This document shows, one piece after another, positions 1-8,510 of a stretch of 64,000 bases of DNA. Below the pieces are notes generated by a model. It searched no databases, had not been told where the DNA came from, and saw only the letters and a program-made list of their open reading frames with translations. The DNA lies in contig DAOOQE010000003.1 of NCBI GenBank assembly GCA_035388585.1, positions 1,517 through 65,516 of the forward strand, given 5' to 3'. The position numbers and the translations under genes are program-made. Source of the DNA: Clostridia bacterium (lineage in GTDB: Bacteria; Bacillota; Clostridia; TANB77; CAG-508). How positions within the stretch are numbered: the stretch's first letter is position 1; every line of letters begins with the position of its first letter.

Positions 1-161
1 ATTAAATTATTTCTCTTACTATATATTAAACTAATAAGTGTAATATATAGTATCACTATTAATTATTTTTGTCAAAACAATTAAAAAAGCTTGACTATTT
101 GAATGGTTTATAATTAAATAGTATTGTAGTTTAAACACAAGAAAAAAGGGGTATAATAAAT

Positions 162-803
162 ATGGCAATTTTGCAACCAAAATTAGATGGATTAACAGAG
201 TATAATACTATTAAGGAATTAATTGAAGAATCGAGAAAAAAGTCTTCAGATATTGATTGTTGTTATTTTAATGGCTGTTATGAAGCAAATATAGACACAT
301 TCCAAACTGAATTTAATGCATGTGAATTTAATAATTGTATATGTATTAATAGCAAATTTAATAAAGTTTTTTTTGTTGATGTTTTGTTTGAAAATTGTGA
401 TTTTTCTAATACAAATTTTATAGAATGTAATTTTATTAGAGTAACATTTAGAAATTGTAAATTAGTAGGATGTAATTTTTCTAATTCTAATATGTTTAAT
501 GTTTTAGTAGAGGATTCAAATGCCTCATATTCAAACTTAGGATTTTCGAATTTTAAGCAAGTATTATTTACAGGAACAAAGCTATCTAATTCATCTATGC
601 AGGAATCTAATTTTGATAATGTTAGATTTAATAATAGTAACTTAATAGGTTCTCAATTATTTAAAACAAAATTAGATGGAATAGATTTTACAACTTGTGA
701 TATAACAGGAATTGTAATTTCAATTCAAGATTTACAAGGAGTTATCGTAGATGAATACCAAGCATTAGAATTATCAAGATTAATGGGAATTATAATTAAA
801 TAA
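162..803 (+). CDS. pentapeptide-repeat protein, Qnr/MfpA-like size and architecture
   Basis: 213-aa ORF made almost entirely of A(D/N)LXX-type pentapeptide repeats (e.g. CNFSNSNMFNVLVEDSNASYSNLGFSNFKQVLFTGTKLSNSSMQESNFDNVRFNNSNLIGSQLF). Short C-terminal helix. AAGGGG upstream of the ATG. Confidence 0.8.
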   Translation: MAILQPKLDGLTEYNTIKELIEESRKKSSDIDCCYFNGCYEANIDTFQTEFNACEFNNCICINSKFNKVFFVDVLFENCDFSNTNFIECNFIRVTFRNCKLVGCNFSNSNMFNVLVEDSNASYSNLGFSNFKQVLFTGTKLSNSSMQESNFDNVRFNNSNLIGSQLFKTKLDGIDFTTCDITGIVISIQDLQGVIVDEYQALELSRLMGIIIK

Positions 804-933
804 GGATTATAATTATCAGGATTTATATGTATTATAATTAAATGAGGATTATAATTATCAGGTTTTATGTGTATTATAATTAAATGAAGGTTATAATTAT
901 CAGGATTTATGTTTATTATAATTAAATAAGGAG
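789..933. repeat. 42-bp tandem repeat, 3 full copies (789, 831, 873) plus a partial 4th (915)
   Basis: Unit ATTATAATTAAAT(A/G)AGGATTATAATTATCAGGATTTAT(A/G)TGT. Copy 1 contains the last codons and TAA stop of the pentapeptide gene. The partial last copy supplies the AAGGAG SD of pta. Confidence 0.9.
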
Positions 934-941
934 ATGATAAT

Positions 942-1931
942 GTGTCTTTTATAGAAGATATAAAAAATAGAGCACTAAAGAATATTAGAACTATTGTATT
1001 ACCAGAGGGTAATGATATAAGAACATTAGAAGCTGCAGCAATTGCATCATCAGAAGGATATGCAAATATTATTATTCTTGGAGAAAAAGAAAAGATTTTA
1101 GAAAATGCAGAAAATAAATATGATTTATCAAAAGTTAAAATTATACAACCTTCTAAAAGCGATAAATATAATGAATATGTGTCTGCATTTTATGAATTAA
1201 GAAAAAATAAGGGCGTAACAATAGAACAAGCCCAAGAACTACTAAAAAATGAAATATACTTTGGGGTTATGATGGTTAAACAAGGAGATGCTGATGGATT
1301 AGTTTCAGGTGCTTGTCATTCTACCTCAGATACATTAAGACCAGCATTACAGATATTAAAAACAGCTCCAGGAACTAAGATAGTATCTTCATTTTTTATT
1401 ATGATAGTTCCAGAATGTGAATATGGAGAAAATGGAACATTTTTATTTAGTGATTGTGGGCTGGTAGAAAATCCAAATAGTGATGAGCTATCTGAAATAG
1501 CAATATCTTCTAGTAAAAGTTTTGAAAAACTGATTGGAACAAAATCAAAAATAGGTATGTTATCTTATTCTACACATGGAAGTGCTAACTCAGAATTAAC
1601 AAAAAAAGTTGTTGACGCAACTAAACTTGTAAATATAAAAGAACCTAATATTCTATGTGAAGGAGAATTACAATTAGATGCTGCAATTATTCCAGAAATA
1701 AGTTCCAGAAAATCTCCTGAAAGCAAACTAGAAGGAAGAGCAAATACTTTAATATTTCCAGATTTAAACTCAGGAAATATAGGGTATAAATTAGTTCAAA
1801 GATTGGCAAAAGCAGAAGCATATGGTCCTTTATGCCAGGGAATTGCAAAACCTGTTAACGATTTATCTAGAGGCTGTTCAGCATCTGATATAGCAGGAGT
1901 TATTGCAATAACATGTGTTCAATGTGAATAA
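942..1931 (+). CDS. pta: phosphate acetyltransferase
   Basis: 329 aa with GTG start 8 nt after AAGGAG. Typical Pta sequence (IVLPEGND..., ADGLVSGA, NTLIFPDLNSGNIGYKL). Followed directly by ackA. Confidence 0.95.
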   Translation: MSFIEDIKNRALKNIRTIVLPEGNDIRTLEAAAIASSEGYANIIILGEKEKILENAENKYDLSKVKIIQPSKSDKYNEYVSAFYELRKNKGVTIEQAQELLKNEIYFGVMMVKQGDADGLVSGACHSTSDTLRPALQILKTAPGTKIVSSFFIMIVPECEYGENGTFLFSDCGLVENPNSDELSEIAISSSKSFEKLIGTKSKIGMLSYSTHGSANSELTKKVVDATKLVNIKEPNILCEGELQLDAAIIPEISSRKSPESKLEGRANTLIFPDLNSGNIGYKLVQRLAKAEAYGPLCQGIAKPVNDLSRGCSASDIAGVIAITCVQCE

Positions 1932-1959
1932 ATATAATAATATAAAAGGAGGATAATAA

Positions 1960-3150
1960 ATGAAAATCTTAGTATTAAACTGTGGTAGTTCATCATTAAA
2001 ATATCAGCTGATAAATATGGAAAATGAGGAAGTAATGGCAAAAGGTGTTTATGAAAGAATAGGCCAACATAATTCTTTTATAACCCATAAAATAAATGAT
2101 AAAAAATATGTTATAGAAAAGCATGCGCCTACACATGACGAAGCTGTTAGTATGATGGTAGAACAGCTTACACATGAAGATTATGGAGTTATTTCTGATT
2201 TATCTCAAATAAATGCAATAGGACATAGAGTTGTTCATGGTGGAGAAAAATTTAAAAATTCAGTTATTATAAATGAAGATGTAATAAAAGGAATTCAGGA
2301 TTGTGCAGAACTTGCACCTGTTCACAACCCTGGAGCTTTAATGGGTATAAAATCTTGTATTAAATTAATGCCTGAAAAACCAATGGTTACAGTTTTTGAT
2401 ACTGCATTTCATCAAACTATACCAGAGGACAAATATATTTATCCTATACCTTATAAATATTATGAAGAATATAAAATTCGTAAATATGGTTTTCACGGTA
2501 CATCACATTCTTATGTATCAAAAAAACTAGCTGAAGTGGTTGGCAAACCAATAGAAGAATTAAAAATTGTTGTTTGTCATTTAGGTCAAGGTGCTAGTTT
2601 ATGTGCTGTTAAAGCAGGTAAATCTATTGATACAAGTATGGGATTAACACCTCTTGGTGGAATTATTATGTGTGCAAGAAGTGGAGATTTAGATCCTTCT
2701 ATAGTTACATATATTATGAAAAAAGAGGGTAAAACACCAGATGAAATGGATCATATGCTAAATAAAGAATCTGGTATTTACGGAATTTCAGGAGTATCTC
2801 CAGATGTTAGAGATATAGAAGCTGCCAGACAAAATGGAGAACATAAATCTATATTAGCATTACAAGCATATGATTTAAACATAGCTCAATATATAGCAAA
2901 ATATGCGGTATCAATGGGTGGGTTAGACTATATAGCATTTACTGCGGGAGTTGGTGAAAATCAATCTATTAGAAGATCTAATATCTGTAATAATCTTAAA
3001 TTTTTAGGTGTAAATATAGACGAAGAAAAAAACATAACAAAACAAGGTGAATATGAAATTACAAAATTAGATTCTACAGTTAAGGCATATGTTATACCAA
3101 CAAATGAAGAACTAGTAATTGCAAGAGAAACACTAGAATTAATAAAATAG
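1960..3150 (+). CDS. ackA: acetate kinase
   Basis: 396 aa. MKILVLNCGSSSLKYQL N-terminus, HRVVHGG, FDTAFH and GFHGTSH motifs. AGGAGG SD. Confidence 0.95.
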   Translation: MKILVLNCGSSSLKYQLINMENEEVMAKGVYERIGQHNSFITHKINDKKYVIEKHAPTHDEAVSMMVEQLTHEDYGVISDLSQINAIGHRVVHGGEKFKNSVIINEDVIKGIQDCAELAPVHNPGALMGIKSCIKLMPEKPMVTVFDTAFHQTIPEDKYIYPIPYKYYEEYKIRKYGFHGTSHSYVSKKLAEVVGKPIEELKIVVCHLGQGASLCAVKAGKSIDTSMGLTPLGGIIMCARSGDLDPSIVTYIMKKEGKTPDEMDHMLNKESGIYGISGVSPDVRDIEAARQNGEHKSILALQAYDLNIAQYIAKYAVSMGGLDYIAFTAGVGENQSIRRSNICNNLKFLGVNIDEEKNITKQGEYEITKLDSTVKAYVIPTNEELVIARETLELIK

Positions 3151-3203
3151 AATAATTTATAATTGCAAGAGAGACACTAAAATCAATAAATAAGAATAGG
3201 TTT
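3116..3203. repeat. 44-bp tandem duplication of the ackA 3-prime end (2 copies)
   Basis: TAATTGCAAGAGAAACACTAGAATTAATAAAATAG (coding end plus stop) recurs as TAATTGCAAGAGAGACACTAAAATCAATAAATAAG, starting at 3160. Confidence 0.85.
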
Positions 3204-3206
3204 AAA

Positions 3207-3268
3207 CAATCCTCTAGTAAAATTTTAGTAATATTTATTAAAATTTAGCTAGAGGATTTTGATTATTT
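3207..3268 (+). terminator. long hairpin downstream of ackA
   Basis: Arms AATCCTCTAG / CTAGAGGATT enclose an AT-rich loop, followed by TTTTGATTATTT. Confidence 0.5.
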
Positions 3269-3368
3269 ATAAAATTTATGTTATAATAGAACTATGTTTT
3301 TATAAATATCAGTAATTTAATTAAATTATTGAACAAATTTACACTAAATTTATTAAGGAGGTTTCATC

Positions 3369-4427
3369 ATGGCAAATAATAATTATCAAGCAGAAAAACA
3401 ATTTGAAGAATTTCCAAGTGTACAGGTAATACTTAAGAAGAGGAAGCGGAAACCGAAGTGGAATCGAATTGTAATAGCAATACTTTTATTGCTAGTTATA
3501 ATCCTTTCGTCAATGTTGTTTGTTAATAAAGTTAAAATCAGCGAAAAAAAGAAAATAAGTGAAAATGACCAACAAAAAGGATTTATCGAAGAGCAAAAAA
3601 AACAGCAACTTTTAGATTTTGTAGCAAGTTATGATGAAGATCCTCAAAATGCTACAAAAATCAATTTTGAAAATACAGAAAATGTTAATACTATAGAAAA
3701 TCCTGCATACGTGTGGGGGATAGACATCTCTCATTGGCATGAAGGAATAGTAACTCAAGAATGGCTTTCCAAAGCAAAAGAAGCTGGATGTAGCTTTGTG
3801 TATATACAATTTGCAAAAACATCTACAAACACTGAAAACAATCCAGTATTAGACTATAGTGATATTGCAATTCAATTTTCAGATGCAGCTGAAAAAATCG
3901 GACTCAATTTCGGGTTCTATTTTCTAACAGATGCTGTAAATGAAACACAAAGGTTATCTGAGTTAGCGACAATATTAAAGTTTTTAACAGAAATAAATGA
4001 AAAAAACTATCAATATTTGTCATTTCCTCTTATGTTAGATCATGAAGTATATGGGACAGAAGAACCCATAGAAAAATCTAATGCAAGAGTTCAAATGCTA
4101 GAAAAACAAGTCTATGAATTAAGTCAATTAGGAATCCAAACAATTGTGTATACTAGTTCTTCGAAATATAAAGAACTACATGAAAAACTAGGAGACAAAC
4201 AATATTTTTGGCTAGCAAATTGGTCTTCTCCAAAGGGGGAAGTCCCTAAAAGATTTCTAGATGGATATGAGGAAACAAAGACTGTTAGTATATGGCAATA
4301 TACTAATGATGATTTAACAATTCAAGAAAGAGGCTTATCAGTAGAGGCCTCTTATCAACCAGGAAAGCAACAATCATTAGATAGAAATCTAATGAAAGCA
4401 GAATTCTATGACACATTTGCTAAATAG
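3369..4427 (+). CDS. membrane-anchored glycoside hydrolase family 25 (lysozyme/muramidase)-like protein
   Basis: 352 aa with an N-terminal TM segment (IVIAILLLLVIILSSMLFV). GH25-type WGIDISHWHEGI motif and C-terminal LDRNLM motif. AAGGAGG SD. Confidence 0.7.
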   Translation: MANNNYQAEKQFEEFPSVQVILKKRKRKPKWNRIVIAILLLLVIILSSMLFVNKVKISEKKKISENDQQKGFIEEQKKQQLLDFVASYDEDPQNATKINFENTENVNTIENPAYVWGIDISHWHEGIVTQEWLSKAKEAGCSFVYIQFAKTSTNTENNPVLDYSDIAIQFSDAAEKIGLNFGFYFLTDAVNETQRLSELATILKFLTEINEKNYQYLSFPLMLDHEVYGTEEPIEKSNARVQMLEKQVYELSQLGIQTIVYTSSSKYKELHEKLGDKQYFWLANWSSPKGEVPKRFLDGYEETKTVSIWQYTNDDLTIQERGLSVEASYQPGKQQSLDRNLMKAEFYDTFAK

Positions 4428-4524
4428 TAATAGAAACAGTTATTAATACGACACGAATTTATTAATAACTTAATTAAATTTTGTGCAAGATTTTTATTGT
4501 CCATAACCTATATGTAAACATTAG

Positions 4525-4557
4525 AAAAATGAGTAGAAAATTCTACTCATTTTTTTT
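4525..4557 (+). terminator. intrinsic terminator after the GH25-like gene
   Basis: AAAAATGAGTAGAA-AA-TTCTACTCATTTTTTTT: perfect stem plus T-tract. Confidence 0.8.
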
Positions 4558-4850
4558 CGTAAAATTGCTCTTACTTGTATACATAATATCATATTTAAAT
4601 AATATTTAGTTTTAAGAAAAAATTTATATATATTTATTGTTTTAAATGATATTTATTATTAATATAAAAATTATATATATCAATTGTTTTAACTGAGTTT
4701 TATTTTTTTAAAAATCATATAGACATATTATTTTTTTATAGAATGATTTGATTTTTTAAAAAATTATATAGATATATCTATAATTGTTGTAATACAAGAA
4801 TTTATAATGATATAATAATATTAAAATATACAAAAGAATGGAGAATAAAT

Positions 4851-5825
4851 ATGATTAATACTGAGGGAAATCCAAGTTTTTTAAACTCGTTTTTGGATTA
4901 TACAGCAACAATTTTAAATAAATCACCAAATACAATAAAGGAGTATAATTATGATTTAAATAATTTTTTAAAATTTATCCTTGTTCATTTTAAAATGACT
5001 GATTTAAAAGATTATAAAGAAGTTAGTATTAGAAATATGACTATAAAAGTTGTTGAGAAAATATCATTAGATGATATTCATTCATATTTGTTCTTTTTGA
5101 ATAATAATTTAAATAGTAAAGCTGCTACGAGAGCTAGGAAGATAGCTTGTATTAGAACATTTTTTAATTACCTAACAACTAAGGCAGGTCTATTAGAAAA
5201 GAATCCAGCACAAAATCTTGAAAGTCCAAAACTAGATAAACGTTTGCCAAAATATCTTTCTTTAGACGATAGTAAAAAATTGTTAGAAGCAGCTACAAAT
5301 ATTGAAGATAGAAATAAGGAACGCGATTTTGCAATTCTTACATTGTTTTTGAATTGTGGTATGCGTTTATCAGAATTAGTTGGAATAAATTTTAAAGATA
5401 TAGATTTTAGTGATTGTAAATTAAATATAATAGGAAAAGGAAATAAGGAGAGAACTATATATTTAAATAAAGCTTGTATCAAAGCTGTTAATGACTATAT
5501 TAAAATAAGGCCGAGAGATAGTGTTAAATATAATTCTAAAGATGCACTTTTTCTTAGTGAAAGAAAAGAAAGAATAAGCAATAGAACTGTTCAGCATATA
5601 GTTAAACAAGAACTTTTAAGAGCAGGTTTAGATCCAAGAAAATATTCTGTTCATAAATTAAGGCATACTGCTGCAACTCTTATGTATCAATACGGAGATA
5701 TTGATATTCGCGCATTACAAGAGTTGCTAGGACACGAGAGCATTTCTACTACTGAAATTTATACACATGTTTCAAATAATCAGGTTAGAAATGCTGTTGA
5801 AAGTAATCCACTTGCAAATTACTAA
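4851..5825 (+). CDS. tyrosine site-specific recombinase, XerC/XerD family
   Basis: 324 aa. N-terminal SAM-like core-binding region. C-terminal catalytic signature ...GMRLSEL...HKLRHTAATLMYQ...LLGHESISTTEIYTHV (R..HxxR..H..Y). GGAG SD. Confidence 0.85.
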   Translation: MINTEGNPSFLNSFLDYTATILNKSPNTIKEYNYDLNNFLKFILVHFKMTDLKDYKEVSIRNMTIKVVEKISLDDIHSYLFFLNNNLNSKAATRARKIACIRTFFNYLTTKAGLLEKNPAQNLESPKLDKRLPKYLSLDDSKKLLEAATNIEDRNKERDFAILTLFLNCGMRLSELVGINFKDIDFSDCKLNIIGKGNKERTIYLNKACIKAVNDYIKIRPRDSVKYNSKDALFLSERKERISNRTVQHIVKQELLRAGLDPRKYSVHKLRHTAATLMYQYGDIDIRALQELLGHESISTTEIYTHVSNNQVRNAVESNPLANY

Positions 5826-6120
5826 TACACTACTAATTTTATTTTGATATAAATATATGTTAATATTTTTTCTTTCTATAGTAATAAACAAAAGGGGAGT
5901 AGGGTGATGCTGTGTCATTTTAATACTTATAAAATATACTTTTTATTAAAAGTATATTAGCATAAAATTTAAAAAATAATTTTTAATAAAAAACCTAGAA
6001 TTTGTTATTTATCAATAATTTTTACAAAACAATTATAAATATATAAATCTAAAATTATAAATATATAAATTTAATTTAACTTTAAAATTAAATTTAAGCA
6101 AATTACATTTATACTAATGT

Positions 6121-6156
6121 AATTTGATATCAGACTACAATTTGATATCAGACTAT
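6121..6156. repeat. 18-bp perfect-but-one tandem duplication
   Basis: AATTTGATATCAGACTAC / AATTTGATATCAGACTAT. Immediately preceded by the inverted repeat AAATTACATT-N7-AATGTAATTT (about 6100-6126). Confidence 0.85.
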
Positions 6157-6328
6157 AACTTATGATTAAAAATTGATTCCAGAATTATTACGTTATATAT
6201 GAAAATTATATAAAAAACTAAAAATGGCTGATTTTCAAGGAATTCTAAAAAAGCTAAAAAAAGCCCAAAATAACGACGCACGAGGATCGTTTTTAAGACG
6301 TTTTTATAAAATAGACATATAGTTTGTT

Positions 6329-6379
6329 GTCTCAAAAATACAGCAAATGCATAGAAATAGGCGTTTTTGAGACTTTTAT
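6329..6379 (+). terminator. hairpin plus T-tract in the xer/yolD spacer
   Basis: GTCTCAAAAA-25 nt loop-TTTTTGAGAC followed by TTTTAT. Lies directly after a 32-codon ORF (6224-6322). Confidence 0.35.
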
Positions 6380-6406
6380 AAATTTCAAATTTACTCCTAT
6401 CCTTGT

Positions 6407-6432
6407 TTGCACAAAACTTTCATTTTGTGCAA
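6407..6432 (-). terminator. hairpin downstream of the YolD-like gene
   Basis: TTGCACAAAA-6 nt-TTTTGTGCAA: 10-bp perfect stem 21 nt past the stop at 6453. No clean U-tract. Confidence 0.35.
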
Positions 6433-6452
6433 TGTTATACAGTGTAATTTTG

Positions 6453-6872
6453 CTAGAAATTTATTCCATTGAAAATTTCACTCTGGATATCTATAATTTC
6501 ATCTAAACTAATTCTAGTCCCTTCTGCAGTGAGAATTTTTCTGTTATAATAATCTAATTTAATTATAGTGTTTTTTATTGTAACATATTTTCCGCCATCT
6601 TTCTTATCATCGGGAATAAAATATGTTATTTCAACTTCTGGATTAGATTTTATTCTATCTTTTATGACTTTTAATTTCATATCTAAAATCGCTTTAATTT
6701 CTTCGTCAATTTCTACTCTCTTAGAAGTTAATCTTGCTTTTTCTTTTACCTGTTCTTCAAATCCTGAAAGCGCAGCAAAAGAAGCAAATTGTGCAGATCT
6801 CTGTTCCAAGCTCATTCTGGATCTTTTAGAATTCGGTCTTGATAAATTAATAATATCATTATAATCATTCAT
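6453..6872 (-). CDS. YolD-like protein (accessory partner of Y-family polymerases)
   Basis: 139 aa. N-terminal R..RMSLEQRSAQFASFAALSGFEE motif typical of YolD-like proteins. Sits immediately downstream of the Y-family polymerase gene. GGAGA SD. Confidence 0.65.
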   Translation of the reverse strand: MNDYNDIINLSRPNSKRSRMSLEQRSAQFASFAALSGFEEQVKEKARLTSKRVEIDEEIKAILDMKLKVIKDRIKSNPEVEITYFIPDDKKDGGKYVTIKNTIIKLDYYNRKILTAEGTRISLDEIIDIQSEIFNGINF

Positions 6873-6990
6873 TTAATTTTTCTCCTATATACTTGTTAAA
6901 ATTTTTTTCTACTACTAGAAAATTTCATATTTAAAATTTATCCCTTAAACTGTAGAATTATTATAATTTATACATAAATCATCTGTAAGA

Positions 6991-8475
6991 TTAGCCTTTG
7001 TGACCACCCACTTGAGAATTTCTTTGTATTGTTGTAGCACCATCTTCAAAATTTTTTCCTTTTAATATTGCATTTTTACCATATTTTTTCTTAATTCTTA
7101 GAATAGATTTTTGAAGTTCATGTTCCTTTTTTTCTTTTTCTTCTTGTTTTTTTAATTCACAATAATCTGTAAATAAATCTATTTGCTTAATTCTTCCTCT
7201 ATTAATTGCTTCATCTTCATTTATAAGATTATTTGTTGATATACTAATTTTTCTTGTTAATAGTCTCTTGTCTATAATTCTCTCGTAAAGTTCTATTATA
7301 GATTCTGAAATAATTTTATTTGAAGAAGTATAATATTTTAGATTTTTTGTTCCATGAGCATGTTTTGGAATACTTCTTCCATACCTATCAATAGAAACTT
7401 CTCCTTTATACTCTATTAAGCTATTGTTCAAATTGTCTTTATCATAGTCTACTGTCAAAACTAATTGGTTTGTAACTACATTTTTATCAACTAAATCTAA
7501 AACTAATATATCTGTCATTTCCTTAACTATTAATTTTGTTTTTTCATAATCATATGGGCAATGTAATACTTGGCCAGAACATAAACTAGTAGTTGATGGT
7601 TTATATGACTTTATACTTTCTATTGTACATGGTTCATAGCCCCAAGCATGATCTATCAGAAGTTCAGCATTAATGCCTAATAATTTAAATAGTTTGTCTT
7701 CATTACTTAATGAGCATCGAGCAACATCTCCCATTGTAAAAATATTATTTTTTTCTAGCCTTTTTGCTGTTCCCCTTCCTACCCTCCAAAAATCGGTAAG
7801 TGGTTTATGTGTCCATAGTATTTCTTTATACATTTGCTCATCTAAGCATGCAATTCTTGCACCATATTTATTTGGGCTACTATGTTTCGCAACTATATCC
7901 ATAGCAACTTTTGCAAGATATAAATTTGTGCCAACTCCACAAGTTGCAGTAATTCCAGTTTGATGATATACATCTTGCATAACCATTGTAGCTATATCAC
8001 TTGGTTTCATAGCATATTTTTTTAAATAGTGTGTAACATTTATAAACACTTCATCTATTGAGTAAACACATATATCTTCTGATGAAAAATATTTAAGATA
8101 TATATTATATATTTCTGTACTATATTTCATATATTTATTCATTTGAGGTGGAGCTATTATAAAATCTAATTCGTAATTGTTATGTTGTTTCAGTTCGTTA
8201 TCATCATAAGATTTTCTAATGAATTTTCTTCCCAATATTTTATATCGTCTTTTATTATTAATTTCTTTTACTTTTTGAATAACTTCAAATAAACGTGCTC
8301 TACCTGAAATACCATATTCTTTTAATGATGGACTAACTGCTAAACAAATTGTTTTTTCTGTTCTACTACTATCTGCAACAAGCAAATTTGTTTTCATAGG
8401 GTCCAATCCTCGTTCCATACATTCTACAGAAGCGAAAAAACTTTTTAAGTCTATAGCTATATAATAATTTTGCAT
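6991..8475 (-). CDS. Y-family DNA polymerase (ImpB/MucB/SamB, UvrX/YqjW-like)
   Basis: Motifs YIAIDLKSFFASVE, SIDEVFI and HKPLTDFWRVGRGTAKRL, with C-terminal ...KKKYGKNAILKG...RNSQVGGHKG. Start moved to the ATG at 8475 (MQNYYIAID), preceded by AGGGGGGTGA at good spacing. The track ORF start at 8511 has no SD. Confidence 0.85.
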   Translation of the reverse strand: MQNYYIAIDLKSFFASVECMERGLDPMKTNLLVADSSRTEKTICLAVSPSLKEYGISGRARLFEVIQKVKEINNKRRYKILGRKFIRKSYDDNELKQHNNYELDFIIAPPQMNKYMKYSTEIYNIYLKYFSSEDICVYSIDEVFINVTHYLKKYAMKPSDIATMVMQDVYHQTGITATCGVGTNLYLAKVAMDIVAKHSSPNKYGARIACLDEQMYKEILWTHKPLTDFWRVGRGTAKRLEKNNIFTMGDVARCSLSNEDKLFKLLGINAELLIDHAWGYEPCTIESIKSYKPSTTSLCSGQVLHCPYDYEKTKLIVKEMTDILVLDLVDKNVVTNQLVLTVDYDKDNLNNSLIEYKGEVSIDRYGRSIPKHAHGTKNLKYYTSSNKIISESIIELYERIIDKRLLTRKISISTNNLINEDEAINRGRIKQIDLFTDYCELKKQEEKEKKEHELQKSILRIKKKYGKNAILKGKNFEDGATTIQRNSQVGGHKG

Positions 8476-8510
8476 TATTAATATCACCCCCCTAATTATC
8501 TTAATTTTCA

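Noticed and set aside
6153-6506. Two 60-aa ORFs from the track (6153-6335 on the - strand, 6324-6506 on the + strand) in the xer-yolD spacer.
   Set aside because: Neither has an SD. The sequences are hydrophobic and low-complexity. One overlaps the YolD-like gene end and the other spans repeat and hairpin elements. The region is better described as non-coding or decayed sequence.
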